Positions 37,949-51,322 of a stretch of 64,000 nt of DNA are shown one piece after another. The DNA comes from Octopus sinensis (taxonomy: Eukaryota). A program made the translations under genes and the position numbers. The stretch's first letter is position 1, and every line of letters begins with the position of its first letter. The notes beneath the pieces are model-generated. The model was not told the DNA's origin. It was given only the letters and a program-made list of their open reading frames with translations, and searched no databases. The stretch lies in the NCBI RefSeq assembly GCF_006345805.1, contig NC_043000.1, positions 87,110,001-87,174,000 on the forward strand, read 5' to 3'.

Positions 37949-38869
37949 GTAAGTTCTTATTTCAAAATTTATGAGGGAGTCGGATTTACTTTTAACACAT
38001 CTGCACTCGATAAAATACATTCTATTAACTCTCTCCCAAACACAAAAAATATATATCTATATGAGAAATTAATAATACCGTGCACCAATTCTTTACAGTA
38101 AGAACTGTAACCGTTCATCTGTTTATAGACAGATGACCTCAGCTTGCGAAAATGAAATGCCTCTACCGAGGCGATATAAAACAGATACCATTACTATAAT
38201 AGCCAGACCAATTTGAGTTCACTAACTACAGTTGTTGGATATACTACTCTTGTATTAACTTCTATCTTGTCTGGCAATTAAATTGCTATAAAAAAGTTTT
38301 TGGCAACACTACTTAAGCACAAAAATCCTAAACTATTACAGCTTTTAATATGTATTTGCCTTATTGGACTGTTTCAGCTGTAGTGAGTAGTAGTTTATTA
38401 AATTTAGAGTTAGTGGGCATATTTCTATGATATAGATAAATTGCAACCGATTTATACTTTATTTCTACCGTAAGCACGTTCACTAAAACAACACGTTAAC
38501 ACTATTTTTATTCAATGAATATACAATCAACTTAACTTTTGTGCAATTATGCACAGATTCTGTCTATGTATTTGTTTTAGTAACAAAGTGTTAAGTAAAA
38601 ATATGAATTCAAGGTAATTTGTAAATTATTTAGTGAAGCTCATGAAAAATGGATTATATGTTTGGCTATGGAATCGGGGTTAACTCTTCGTCAGAGATAA
38701 AACAGTAGATAAGGCCCTGACTTCAGGTTCAAAACTTCAGATGTCTGTTCTCATCACTGCATACGAACAAACTTCATATAGCTCACGATTACATTACAGA
38801 CTTAATATTATTTTAAAACTTGAGAATCAGCTAAGAGGTAGAGAAGATACATCCCATGTGTAGAATATT

Positions 38870-39025
38870 GCTGTTGTTTAGCCCTGATCGAGGGGCTAAA
38901 CAACTGCCATGATCATCCTGTATTTTTGTATTTCAAGGACGACATTTTTCAATGTATTCGTTTTGTATTTACGACGGTAGGATGTGATTTAAAGGAAATT
39001 TGGTTGCTGTTTCTCGCAAGTTTCA
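38870..39025 (-). mobile_element. Degenerate SINE-like family E tail
   Basis: gttgtttagccc... similar to 4545-4765 in reverse. Confidence 0.45.
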
Positions 39026-39596
39026 TAACTGCATAAAAGTACTGATGTTGGTTCGTGTCTAGAGTGGAAAGATAATTATCAGTTCATCACACTTTATTGT
39101 TCGTCCTTCCAAAGTCTGTTAGTCAATTCCAGTTAATCTAGAATTTCACTTCATATGAATCTCTCCAGGAATCAATATAACACAGAATCTATTGTTAGCA
39201 TTGTTGCAGAAGAAAAGACAAGGAAGAAAATATATTGCTGTATAGCATATAGATAACCATCACATAACGGAACCATTGAGTTCATGAAAATATTACCGTG
39301 TGGAGTTTTGTAATGGAAAAAATATATTTCCCCATTGATTCTAATATTATGAATTGATATGTGTTTAAAGAAAATTTCCAGGAATAAACAACAAAACAAA
39401 AGAATGAGAAATGCAAGCATTTTTTATGCATGAAAAAAAATTTAAACACGCCAACTACATATATATACATAAGAATACTTGGAGGAAAGTACATTCGGGA
39501 GTAAAAACGAATACAGTAATATCATAGTAGGTACATGCTCACCAAAAATAAAACTTGTTGCTGTGGGATAAGAGGTATTGCAATGGGAATTCCTAG

Positions 39597-39627
<31 letters not shown>

Positions 39628-40110
39628 CAATATCTTCGGTCCTGTAGCTCATTATGATCAGTATCTGATTCAGGATTGAAAGAACTTGTCCAGCATTGTT
39701 TAATGTTTACAGCGCACCATATTTTTTGACAGCTTAGTATAGTAACTGAATTAATTATGAATCCTTTTAGAATTTTTATGTTACATTCACGATTATGAAG
39801 GTTATGAGAAACAAGAACCACCCCCCGCCACAAACTGACAAACCTTTCTTTAGGTGTTAGCAAGAATGTTGAGAACAATTAAAAACAAGAAGTGGGAAGA
39901 AGGAGCGTGTAGGTGTTGGAAAAATGTTGGGTGCACTGAAAAATAAAAATATGTAGGAGTAAACAAATGAATTTAAAGAATTAAAGTGGAGGGCCGTTAA
40001 CAATAATACTGTACAGAGAATGCAAAGAGAAAATGATGAGAGGAGCGGATAGGCGTATGAAAGGTTCGTGGTAATTATACATGAATTCTAAAAAAAACTC
40101 ATATTTTTAT

Positions 40111-40263
40111 GACTGTGTGGTTAAGAACTTGCTTTGCAACCGCGTGTTTCACGTTCAGTTCCACTGCGTCGTACATTGGGCAAGTGTTTTCATCTATAAA
40201 CTTGAGCCGACTTATGCCTTGTGAATGAATTTGGTAGAGTGAGCTGTGTGGAAGCTCATCGTA

Positions 40264-40265
<2 letters not shown>
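40111..40265 (+). mobile_element. SINE family B 5' part, old
   Basis: Diverged head through ttggtaga motif. Confidence 0.7.
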
Positions 40266-40306
<41 letters not shown>

Positions 40307-40308
<2 letters not shown>

Positions 40309-40652
40309 CTCTTTTACTTGTTTGTCATTTGACTGTGGCCATGCTGGAGCACCGCCTTTAGTCGAGCAAATCGACCCCAGGACTTATTCTTTGTAAGCCT
40401 AGTACTTATTCTATCGGTCTCTTTTGCTGAACCGCTAAGTTACGGGGGCGTAAACACATCAGCATCGGTTGTCAAGCGATGTTGGGGGGGGGGACAAACA
40501 CAGACGCACAAACATACACACACACACACATATATATATACACATATATACGACGGGCTTCTTTCAGTTTCCGTCTACCAAATCCACTCACAGTGGTACT
40601 GGACCCGGAACCACGTGGTTCGAAAGCAAGCTACTTACCACACAGCCACTCC

Positions 40653-40653
<1 letters not shown>
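40307..40653 (-). mobile_element. SINE family B with internal deletion
   Basis: Head and tail match 25708-26120. Confidence 0.92.
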
Positions 40654-40686
<33 letters not shown>

Positions 40687-40702
40687 ATATATATATGATA
40701 TA

Positions 40703-40797
40703 AGCGAAGGTAAAGAATACGCACACCACTCTATTTCGACGTTTAGGTTTAGGGTTCCGCTGAAAACAAGTGGTGTGCGTATCCTTTACTTCCGCCA
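40703..40797. mobile_element. About 95-bp foldback (mini-MITE-like)
   Basis: gcgaaggtaaagaatacgcacaccact vs agtggtgtgcgtatcctttacttccgc. Confidence 0.7.
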
Positions 40798-42217
40798 TAT
40801 ATATATATGTGTGTGTGTGTGTGTTTGCTGACAATAAATAAATAAATAAATCAAATGTAGTTAGCACAACTTAACTGTATTATTGCTGTTCTTTAGTCCA
40901 GGGTTAGCGATGATTGAGAACAACCCTTCCAGCTCTGATATTCGTTCCTTTCTCTATATTGTCTTTTCTTCTGAAATAATGCACTCCATACAATATTAGC
41001 AAATGAATCTTTTTGCTAGACGATATGATGTGGTTTGAGGGAAATTTAGGTGTTACTTTTCTAACATGTTGACCAGGCGTGTAAAAGCTCCTTCACTTGC
41101 TGCTGCAAAAACTTGACCCTGTTAAGCACAGTTTCCATTGAAAATTTTAAAAATGAAATAATATTAAAAAATAACATCTATAAAATGTAATAAAGGGAAG
41201 AAAAATTTTATCTTTAAAAAGGCGAGAAAAAGTGTTTCTAAGGCGATTCATTTGTGAATAAAAATGCATTAATTATGGCGTTTTGGGTACAATAATTCAG
41301 AGAAAATGCTCCTCTGTTTTAACATTATTAAACGTTTTACAGAATACAGTATTAAACACACGACAAAAATAAAATAACAGCATGAAGTTATATTAGCGAA
41401 ATTTATAAGATTAAGTTTTAAAGCGTAAAGTAATTTTATGAAATTTCAAAATATGCACAGGTACACCTACATATACACAATAAACACAACGGACTTTCTT
41501 AAGTATAAAATTATGAAATATCATATACACAAGAAACACACATCATATACATAATAAGCATAATGCAGTATTACACTAATGCAGGAATTATGTTAATAAA
41601 AAGTGCCTAATAAAATACAATCGTTTATTTTCATATCATTTCTCAAACCACTTAACTAATTTTCATAAAACTTCAGCTGTTACGAACGAGCTATGAAAAT
41701 TTGATTACTTCTGTTAATAATTTAATATTTCCAGCAAAATGTTTTCATCCTTGCGGATGTGAAGAAATGCATAAAGAAAATAAATATATTGCTTACATTT
41801 TAAATATAAACGTAATTCGACAGATAGCTTAATTAAAAACACAACATATTTAAACAGTAAGCAATAACCGTACACGCTGGAAATGAAATAGAGAATTTCA
41901 AGTGCAACAAATAAAATATTAATTGCTTTGTTCAAATGAAACATATTTCCCTTTAAGTTTCAAAGAAATGTTTTTAATTCTGCAAATCCATTTGTGCATG
42001 TTAAATATTACAAAAAGTAATTCTTGTAGTTCAATGAACGATACGGAAGCATTTAAACATTTCATTTTTATGTAATACATCTGTAGGGTGTAGCAATAAA
42101 CCCTTCAGATTCAGTATTTTTGATAAGCATTTCAACAACAAACAACACATAATATGTACTAATCCAAACAGTGATAGTAACTAAACAAAAACATTAGCTA
42201 CAAGAAGAGACCATTAC

Positions 42218-42386
42218 CATCTGCTTAACGTCTCAGGTGTTACATCAATAACCGTGTAAAACACATAAGGTTTTTCTGTCGTACCCTGTGGAGCAAATAA
42301 ATGTGACAGATCTTTCCTTACTACAACACTTATTTTGTATTGTCGCTGACTCGTTACAACTGTGAGTTGTATTACCGTGCCATAAC
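42218..42386 (-). CDS. Candidate 169-bp internal exon of an unidentified host gene
   Basis: AG/GT bounded (tatag | ... | gtaatg) within an 85-codon open frame; high-complexity peptide YGTVIQLTVVTSQRQYKISVVVRKDLSHLFAPQGTTEKPYVFYTVIDVTPETLSR; weak pyrimidine tract. Confidence 0.3.
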
Positions 42387-43045
42387 CTATATACAGTTTG
42401 ATGAAATAGGTCTTTGAAAGGCCTAAATATTCTGACAGTATGTTCTTGGCCTTTAAATTGTCACCCCTCACTCAGATGTAATAAATAGCTTTAGTTGAAA
42501 AATACCAGATAAAATGTTCTTAAAAATAATTAAAAATAGTGTCTTAATTATTGTTTTAAATTCAGTGATTCTCTGCAATCAATCTACTTAAAGGATAAAA
42601 TAAAATTATTATTTTAGAGAAGCCAAAGAAAACTGTTTGAATATAGGAGGGATCAGAACTTGGTTACATGTATCGCAGTGTAAGAATTTGAATTATATTA
42701 TAATATGAACTATAATAAAAATTAATTTCTCTCTTAAGGAGGTTAAAAACTGTTTGCACACGGAAGGGATCAAAATAATTTTGTCAACATGCGTTACTAT
42801 TTCAAAATTTGAACTCACTTCTATCAAAGATAGCTGATTTGTTAATTAATACAATACAAGACAACTGTGTCATCCTCAAGTTGTGACGTTCATTTCTTTC
42901 TCATGAGTATTAGGGAACAAAATGAAAATTAATTTCTTGCAGTAGGAATTAATCTAAGCATGTTAGAAGCGCACCTTCACTTCACAGAATACGTATATCG
43001 TTTACCACCATATTGTGGTAAAGGTTACACATGTTCATGAATATA

Positions 43046-43544
43046 CTTATAAATTGAGGATATAATCATTAAAATGATTATATCAGTAGCTAGCGTATAG
43101 AAAATGACCGTGTCGTTAAAATAAATTTTTAAGTATATAATTCTAAAAATATAATTATAATTAAGGGCGCTGGAATGCCAGCGCTTATACGCAAGAAGTA
43201 GATGTCAAATACCTAAATTTGGTCGCTATTTATAACCCCAGGTCGAATGTGAGGTAATAAGCAAGAAGATTTACAAAATTTCGGCTAATCCTATATCTTA
43301 AGATTTCATGCTCTGTAATAAAGATTACTTTGCAATCCTCGATAGAGATACACCAAGAAATATAAAAGCGAAAAATTCATATACATACCGATAAATCTAT
43401 CCCTACAGACACCAATATATACATGCATTTCCCGCGTATATATTCCATCTATTAGCCCATCTCGACCATGTGTGGATTGTAGGTATTTAGCACCTACTTC
43501 TAGCGTATAGGCGCTGGCATAGCAGCGCCCTTAATTATAATTAT
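43046..43544. mobile_element. Asymmetric foldback element with 15-bp flanking direct repeat
   Basis: About 70-bp inverted arms 43149-43219 and 43478-43546; atgttcatgaatata at 43031-43045 and 43545-43559. Confidence 0.75.
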
Positions 43545-43551
43545 ATGTTCA

Positions 43552-43587
<36 letters not shown>

Positions 43588-43593
<6 letters not shown>

Positions 43594-43977
43594 CAACAAT
43601 TGAGGGTAAAATTAATTAATTAATCAATTTCACCAAGTATTCAGTATGCAAAGGGACCATTTAAGGCGAATTCAAATTATTACATTATATAAAAGGGCTT
43701 AGTAAAATAAATTACTTTGCCGCATACTGAACTCATTAGAAATAGCAGCTAAAAAAACTTTTTTTAAAACTATTTCCAATACTTAAAGAAAACCTCTCTC
43801 ATATAGTGTTTGCTCAATTCAACTCACGCAAATATGGGGGTAGAGACATTAAAAAATCAAGTGCAAAGGTTATTTGAGAACGTACGTTTCAAGATTAGTC
43901 AAAATCCGACATTTCTATCACCAGCTCAGAACTCCCTGGTTTGGATTTGAAAACACTGAAAGTAGGAGCATACCTTT
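43588..43977 (-). repeat. Third, truncated copy of the 544-bp unit, inside (TA)n
   Basis: Collinear with about 23824-24215. Confidence 0.92.
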
Positions 43978-44017
<40 letters not shown>

Positions 44018-44021
<4 letters not shown>

Positions 44022-44738
44022 CTTGTTTTAGTTATTAGACCGCGATCATGATGGGAGACATCCTTGATGAAGTGTAGTCGAACGAATCAATCCAAACTCT
44101 TTTTTTAAGCCTGGTACTTATTTTATCGGTTTTTTAACGAACCGCTAAGTCACAGGCTCATAAAAATACCAACATCGGTTGTCAAGTAGTGGTGGGGCAA
44201 ATCAGAGGCACAAAGACCCATATCATATACGTATGTATGTATGTATGTATGTATGTATGTATGTATGTATGTATGTATGTATGTATTTATGTATGTATGT
44301 ATACGTGTATGAATGGAATATATATATCTACTCCGGGCTTCAATTATCTGTATAGTAGAAGACATTTATCCAGGGTGCCTCGCAGTGGGATCGAATCTGG
44401 AATTATGTGGTTGGGAAGCAAACTTCTTACCATACAGCCATGCAAGCACACACACACACACGCGCACGCGCACACACACGCACAAACGCACATACACACG
44501 CACAAACACACGCGCGCACACACACATACAGGCATAGACTCAGACACAGGCACACACGCAGACACACAACACACACACACACACACGCACAGACACAGAG
44601 AGAGACACACACACACGCACACACACTTATATATATAGTGATATAGAATAAGTACCAGGCTTATAAGGAATAAGTCCAGGGGGACGATTTCTTCTACTAA
44701 AAGGCCACCGTCAAATGACTGAAACAAGTAAAAGAATA
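44018..44738. mobile_element. Old SINE family B copies (minus 44018-44442; plus 3' fragment 44640-44738) with expanded microsatellites
   Basis: Diverged matches to family B head, core and tail. Confidence 0.75.
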
Positions 44739-45103
44739 CCAGAAGAACGCTCCGTACCACTAAACAAAGAAGGTTCTTTGAATATGTTTGATGCATTTTA
44801 AGGGTAAATAGTAATTCTGTTTACGTTTCCGTAACTGTCATATTTTGATTGGATTATATAGTTATTGGCTTTACACTTCTTTCTGTATTCTGTAACTGTC
44901 ACAATATTGAAAAATTTCACGTGGTGCCAGCACACAATTTACAGATGCTTACATTTTTTATGTTTTCCGTGAATTTTTCATGGGTCCAGTTAATTCATAT
45001 AATACCGTTTATAGACATCAAATTGTACAACATATATCGCTCTCTCAAAGTTCAATCTGAACGAATAAATCAATAAGAAAATTATAAAAGTAAACAAGGC
45101 GCC

Positions 45104-45152
<49 letters not shown>

Positions 45153-45440
45153 TTTACATATGCCTTGTTTTCAGTATTTTTAGATCAAGTGAGGCCCATC
45201 TCTCTTCAAGAATGTCCATAGTCGATTTGTTTCAGGACAGAAAAAGCAAAAAGAAAAAGTGAGAGAAAGAGAACCGAACAAGTATAGGAAGGGTATTTCT
45301 TTCATTGATCCCGAAATTATTGAGGTGAAGTTTTAACATCGGCAAAATCTGAGTTCAGAGCTAAGAGAGACTATACAATTATTGTTAAGCCATCTATCCA
45401 ACACTTTTAAGAACTTCCCCCTCTTTCATATCTCTCTCTG

Positions 45441-45471
<31 letters not shown>

Positions 45472-45728
45472 TCATAAATTTCAATCGGTTGTTAATCCTG
45501 GCATTTTGTCTATTGTGCTCAGTAACGAGTATAAGCTATCAGATATAAATTTAAATCGAAGATTTATTATATTACAGATGATATTTCTAAAAATCCATAA
45601 ATATCCGTAAAGTTTATGTGATTATTCACAGGCAGAATGAAGCGAACAAGTTGTTTTAGTACACGAATTTACAATTGTTTCATCGATATTCGATCCCAAG
45701 AGTATTGCTATATTATCATACAATATAT

Positions 45729-45948
45729 AAGGCGACGAGCTGGTAAAAGCGTTAGCACGCTGAACGAAATGCTTAGCGACTTTTCGCTCGTCGCTACGTT
45801 CTGAGTTCAAATTCTGACGAGGTCCACTTTGCCTTTCATCCTTTCGGAGTCGATAAATTAAGTACCAGTGAAACACTGGGGTCGATGTAATCGACTAGTC
45901 CCCTCCCCACAAATTTCAGGCCTTGTGCCTATAGTAGAAATGATTACT
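45729..45948 (+). mobile_element. SINE family A (tail type 1)
   Basis: 11-bp TSD atacaatatat at 45718-45728 and 45949-45959. Confidence 0.95.
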
Positions 45949-46899
45949 ATACAATATATGCAACTATAGATCCTTGAAATATCATATCCTTATACTGATA
46001 CAATCGAAGGTCGGTTTTTCAAAATTATCTGTAAAATTCATTTGCTGCCAAACAGTATGTACATATAACCGGTCGGTATTTTAAGAAGTTACAGTTATAA
46101 CTGTCCAGGATTATTGTAATTTTAGTTTGTCATTACTATAAATCTAACAAATTAACCTGGAAAAGACGGCTGTAACAGCATTTTAAACACAACCTACTAA
46201 ACACTGCTTGTCACAGCTGACTAGTTTGTAGTATGCAGTCGGGACGTTTTGAAACAAAAAGTAAATATAATAAATACTGAATAAATTACAATTCAAATCA
46301 ATCAGTCAAGAAATAGGACGTAGAGGAGAGAAAAATGGAAAAACATAGAACTAGAAAATAAGTCAGTTGATAGCAATGCTTTTTTATTTCTTTCCAAGAG
46401 ATATATAAATCATTTGGCTTGCCAGATATCTTTTCCATCTGCCATTAAGAAAATAAACTGTAATAATCGTTCTTTACCATTGTAGCAATGTGATGTAGGC
46501 GCCTGCGGAGATGCGTGCAGCGGCTAAAATACGTCAACACTTGGGCTGATATATATTTTGTGGCCAAACGTCAGCCACTACTAAATCAAGCGGTCACATT
46601 CCACACACACACAAGTATTGATAGGAGAGACAGGCAAAGATAAAGTTATTTATGTTTTAAAGGGTACGCCTTACTGGGGAGAGGAAGAAAGAAAAAAGTC
46701 AACGGAATTTCCATAAACACGGACTAAAGTGATAATTCTCGTGTTGTTATAAACATAATCCCAAAATTATAAGTTAAAGATTCTAAAATACAGAGACAAA
46801 AATGTAAAATAAAAAAAAATTATAATCCTTCATCCCTGCATTCGTGTTAAATTGCGCAACCAAGCTATGAAAATCGTAGGATATTTCATGGAGTCGATA

Positions 46900-46931
<32 letters not shown>

Positions 46932-46948
46932 ACGCAAACTCGCAAATA

Positions 46949-46994
<46 letters not shown>

Positions 46995-48109
46995 TCGCAA
47001 ACACGCTCACACGCTCACAAACACACACTCTCACACGCTCTTACACACACATGTTGTGTACCCTCATGTATATATATTACAGATAACCAAATTTGACCAT
47101 TTGTATGTTTACAGGTATACTTCCAGACACATTATTTTTGTACTCGATATATATCCTAGATTATCTACAACAAAATGTATCTATCGTTGATACATTTTCT
47201 CGAGAGGAGTATCAGATGTTAATTGGACAAATTAATCGTTCTCCATTGAATATTTCTGTATCTCCTGAAAAATTCTCAAAATCTATGGTGGTATCTCATA
47301 AAAAGTTCAGAATACTTGTTAGTTGTTCTTTAGGTAGTAATATTACAGGAATTTCTGTGTTGAAAATTTCTGTCAAATTTCCTATTAAGTTATCCTGAGA
47401 AGTACTAAATGATGCAACATGGTTACGCCATCGATCGTTGAAAACAATCGCTGTTGCATGTATCAATATCTATAAAGCTGAAATGCGAAAAGTTTCTTTG
47501 TCTCATTTTGGGATTGGGACGGGTTAAGGGGCACTAGATGGGGTCGGATTGGCTCCAAAATTTACAGAGACATGTAAAAAGAGGCGAGAAAGTGAGTGGA
47601 CTAGGTTAGAAACTCATATCTCAAAACGGTGGTTACTAGGGCAACAAAACCCACACTTTGACGAGTGCTTGTATTTTCTCTCTTTCGCATATCACCCTGT
47701 CTTCATCCATCTCTCTCTTTCCTTCGTTCCCTCCACTTTCTTACTATAACAACGTTTGACAGCTTCGCCGTCTCTCTGTCACGCTTTCTCCTACCACCTC
47801 TCTCTCTGTTCGTCTGTCTGTATCTATAGAGAGAAAGCGTTGACAGCCGCAAAAGTTTAAATATTCCCGCCACAGGTCTTTTAGAACGGTGAATTATTAT
47901 CGCTCACCACCACCGCACAATCATAAAAGATATTATTAATCAGATATATTGTGTTAATTTATATATATGTGTGTGTATATAAATATATATATAATGTGTA
48001 TACATATATATATGTGTATATACATATATAAAGTGTATATATTTATATATATGTATGTTTATATATATGTGTGTGTAGATATGTATATATATTGCGTATA
48101 TATATATAT

Positions 48110-48464
48110 ATAAAATTAATTAAGGGTAGAAATTGATATTTATCAATTAAAACCAGTGGTCTAGCATATTAAAAAAGAATCCGAAGATTAAAATATTTAT
48201 ATATACCAATTAAGGACTGAACACGAAAAGTGGACAGTCAACATGCTAGATATAGACGTCAAATCGCCATTATCCACAAAAGATTATGTTCTCAAATCAA
48301 ACTCAGCACAATGGGTAATTATTTTATTTCGTATATTTTCACTTGTTTATTGGTTTGGTTTTGTGCTGAGTTTGATTTGGGAACATAATCTTTTGTGGAG
48401 AATGGCGATTTGACGTCTATATCTAGCATGTTGACTGTCCCCTTTTCGTGTTCAGTCCTTAATT

Positions 48465-48474
<10 letters not shown>
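48110..48474. mobile_element. Asymmetric foldback element in (TA)n
   Basis: About 113-bp inverted arms 48198-48311 and 48361-48474 with about 3 mismatches; about 90-bp unpaired extension on the left. Confidence 0.85.
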
Positions 48475-48509
<35 letters not shown>

Positions 48510-48519
<10 letters not shown>

Positions 48520-48760
48520 TGTGCATATGTGGTCGGATTGAGCTGAAAATATGCAGACCTAATGTTAAAAGTGCTAGCGAGTTTGCATGGCAACTTTGAG
48601 TTTGCTAAATTGAAAGGCTTGGGCAAAATTCTCTAGGGCAAAATTCCACATCTTTTGAAATGTGGCCCGCGTAGACGCGAATGAAATCGGGTTATAATAC
48701 CGAAACAAGCAAAACAATAATAAACTATTTTAATCCCGAGCAGGGCCGGGTATATTTGTC
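48510..48760 (+). mobile_element. Possible non-autonomous Helitron-like element
   Basis: Ends with hairpin cccgagcagggccggg followed by a degenerate CTAG-like motif (ctaat); inference from terminal architecture only. Confidence 0.3.
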
Positions 48761-49245
48761 TAATCTATAGAATGAAGAAGGCGTACGTTGATACAAACTG
48801 GATTTTTATGTAAAAAGGGGTCTAAATGGGGCTGGAAGGAGATTAGAATTTACAGGAGGGGAGTAAATTGAGGTGAGAAATTAATTGGGAGATGTTTTGG
48901 GGCGCTACAGTGGTTGCTTTGCTGTGAAAACGGGGATTTTATTGATTTTTGGGGACACTTGGGAGGGTCTAGATTGGACAATTTTTGCCCGATTTCAATC
49001 AAATTTTCAACATGGTAAAATGGAAGCGAATTTGTAATTTAAGCGCGGAAATCTAATTTTTTATAAATGGGAGAGAGATAGACAGAGAAAGATGGAGAGT
49101 ATGAGAAAGCGAGGAAGAGTCCGAGAGAAAGGAAGAGTAAGAGAGTGGGAAAGTGAGACAGAAAGGAGAGAGAAACAAAGAGGGAGAATGTGGCGATAAG
49201 AAACAGAAAGTAACAACTACACCCTCACCCGCGCGTATATATATA

Positions 49246-49290
<45 letters not shown>

Positions 49291-49323
49291 ATATATATTA
49301 TATTTAATTTATATATATATTTA

Positions 49324-49361
<38 letters not shown>

Positions 49362-49544
49362 AATATTAGGGAATAAATCCAAATTTACAGGGAAAATCAG
49401 ATTTAGGATTGAATCCAATTTTATAGTAAAATATTATATTATATTATATTAGAGACAAAACCACTATTATGCAAATCAAACAAAGAAAGACTTAAGCCAA
49501 TACATAAAATAATTTATATAAAGTAAAATTTAACAATTATAAAT

Positions 49545-49598
49545 AACCACTACGATCGTTTCGTGTCAGCACATCTTTGAGACATTCTTCAGGTGGTT
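49545..49598 (-). ncRNA. Minimal type I hammerhead ribozyme, core intact
   Basis: aaccac-CTGAAGA-a-tgtc..gaca-c-GAAA-CGATCG-TA-gtggtt; palindromic helix III ACGATCGT; A.C mismatch at the base of helix II. Confidence 0.8.
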
Positions 49599-49650
49599 TC
49601 AAAACCTTCTTGGCGAGTTCATAGTTTAAAACTCGCCAAAAAGGTTTTGA

Positions 49651-49704
49651 AACCACCTGAAGAATGTCTCAAAGATGTGCTGACACGAAACGATCGCAGT
49701 GGTT
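49651..49704 (+). ncRNA. Mirror hammerhead with U16.1C substitution
   Basis: Same fold, but the cleavage triplet is GCA instead of GTA. Confidence 0.75.
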
Positions 49705-49809
49705 ATTTATAATTGTTAAATTTTACTTTATATAAATTATTTTATGTATTGGCTTAAGTCTTACTTTGTTTGATTTGCATAATAGTGGTTTTGTCTCTAA
49801 TATAATATA

Positions 49810-49896
<87 letters not shown>

Positions 49897-49898
<2 letters not shown>

Positions 49899-51097
49899 GA
49901 AGGGTACATGAAGGGAAAGGGATTCAAGACAGATCAATGAAAGAGAAGATCAGGGAAGAGTATTATAGACGTGTCAGAATTGTCCTGAAAACGAGCTGAA
50001 CTCTCAGAATAGAATTGCAGCTGTAAAGTCCCTGGTGGTACCAGCTGTCCAGTATAGCCTAAATGTCATCAAATGGAATCTGAGTAATCTCCAGCGTATG
50101 AACATAAAGACTAGGAAACTGTTGACACTAAACAAGATGCACCACCCAAAATCAGACGTCCACAGGCTCTATCTCCTACGAAAGGAAAGCTTCAGAGGTT
50201 TAATCCAGCTTGAAACGTCTTATAAAACGACCTCGATAGTACTCCAAGTGTACATCAAAAGTAACATCGATTGGATGGTACAGCTGGTAAGGCAACACGA
50301 ACAGAGTTAGAAAGTGTAGAGCAAGAAACTGTACTCAATCTCAAAGGAGGCATATAAATACAGACGAGAGCTTAACCTTCCTGATTATTATGATGATAAG
50401 GAGGATACATCACACTAAGGCAGCAAAAAAGTGTAAAACAAACGCTAAACACAAGGGAAATATGAAGACTGCGGCAAGAAAGACCATTGCATGGGCAATA
50501 CCCAAAGGAGCTGGGAAAGCTGATGTAGATACGAGGAAAAAAACCCATCAGTGGCTGCAGAATGTTGGCTTGAAAGCCAAAACAGAAGGATTTATTCTGC
50601 ACAATGTCAGTAGGCTCACCCGGAACTATCGTGCTAATGTCACTCACAATAAGATAGACACAAAGTGTAGACTCTGAAATGACAAACTGGAGAGTATTAA
50701 TCACATCGTTGCCGGTTGTTCAGTCCTTGCCTACAGAATATAAAACCAGGCATGATCGAGTTGGTCAATACTTGCACTGGAGCATATGCCATCACTATAA
50801 TATCTCACACCCTACGAACTGGTATGAACACCATCCAGAGCCAGTCATTGAAGGAGAGATTATTACCATTCTATGGGATTATGGGATACAAACAGACAGG
50901 CAAATAAATGATAACAAACCAGACATCGTTATCAAAGCTTCTGATTGATATGGCAGTGCTTACTGAAAGAAACATTTCAGCGAAGGAATTTGAAAAAATG
51001 TTGAAATATAAGGACCTTGAGACTGAGATATATAGAACATGGCAATTAAAAACAAAAAAAATATTCCTGTTGTTGTAGGGTACTGCACCAGGGCATT
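49897..51097 (+). mobile_element. R4/Dong-like fragment, decayed
   Basis: KMHHPKSDVHRLYL, KAKTEGFIL, HDRVGQYLHW, NKPDIVIK, KYKDLETEI; followed by (TAA)n. Confidence 0.9.

Positions 51098-51322
<225 letters not shown>

Larger units (their letters stand above)
49340..49820. mobile_element. Near-perfect palindromic element with two hammerhead motifs, in (TA)n
   Basis: About 189-bp arms 49431-49619 and 49630-49820 with about 3 mismatches, 10-nt loop; about 90-bp left extension. Confidence 0.92.

Noticed and set aside
46535-46578. ggctgatat...ggccaaacgtcagcc hammerhead-like remnant
   Set aside because: The core box and the first G of GAAA are missing; too decayed to count.
47468-47850. Possible Helitron-like 5' end (atctataaagctgaaatg)
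   Set aside because: No matching 3' hairpin/CTAG end identified.
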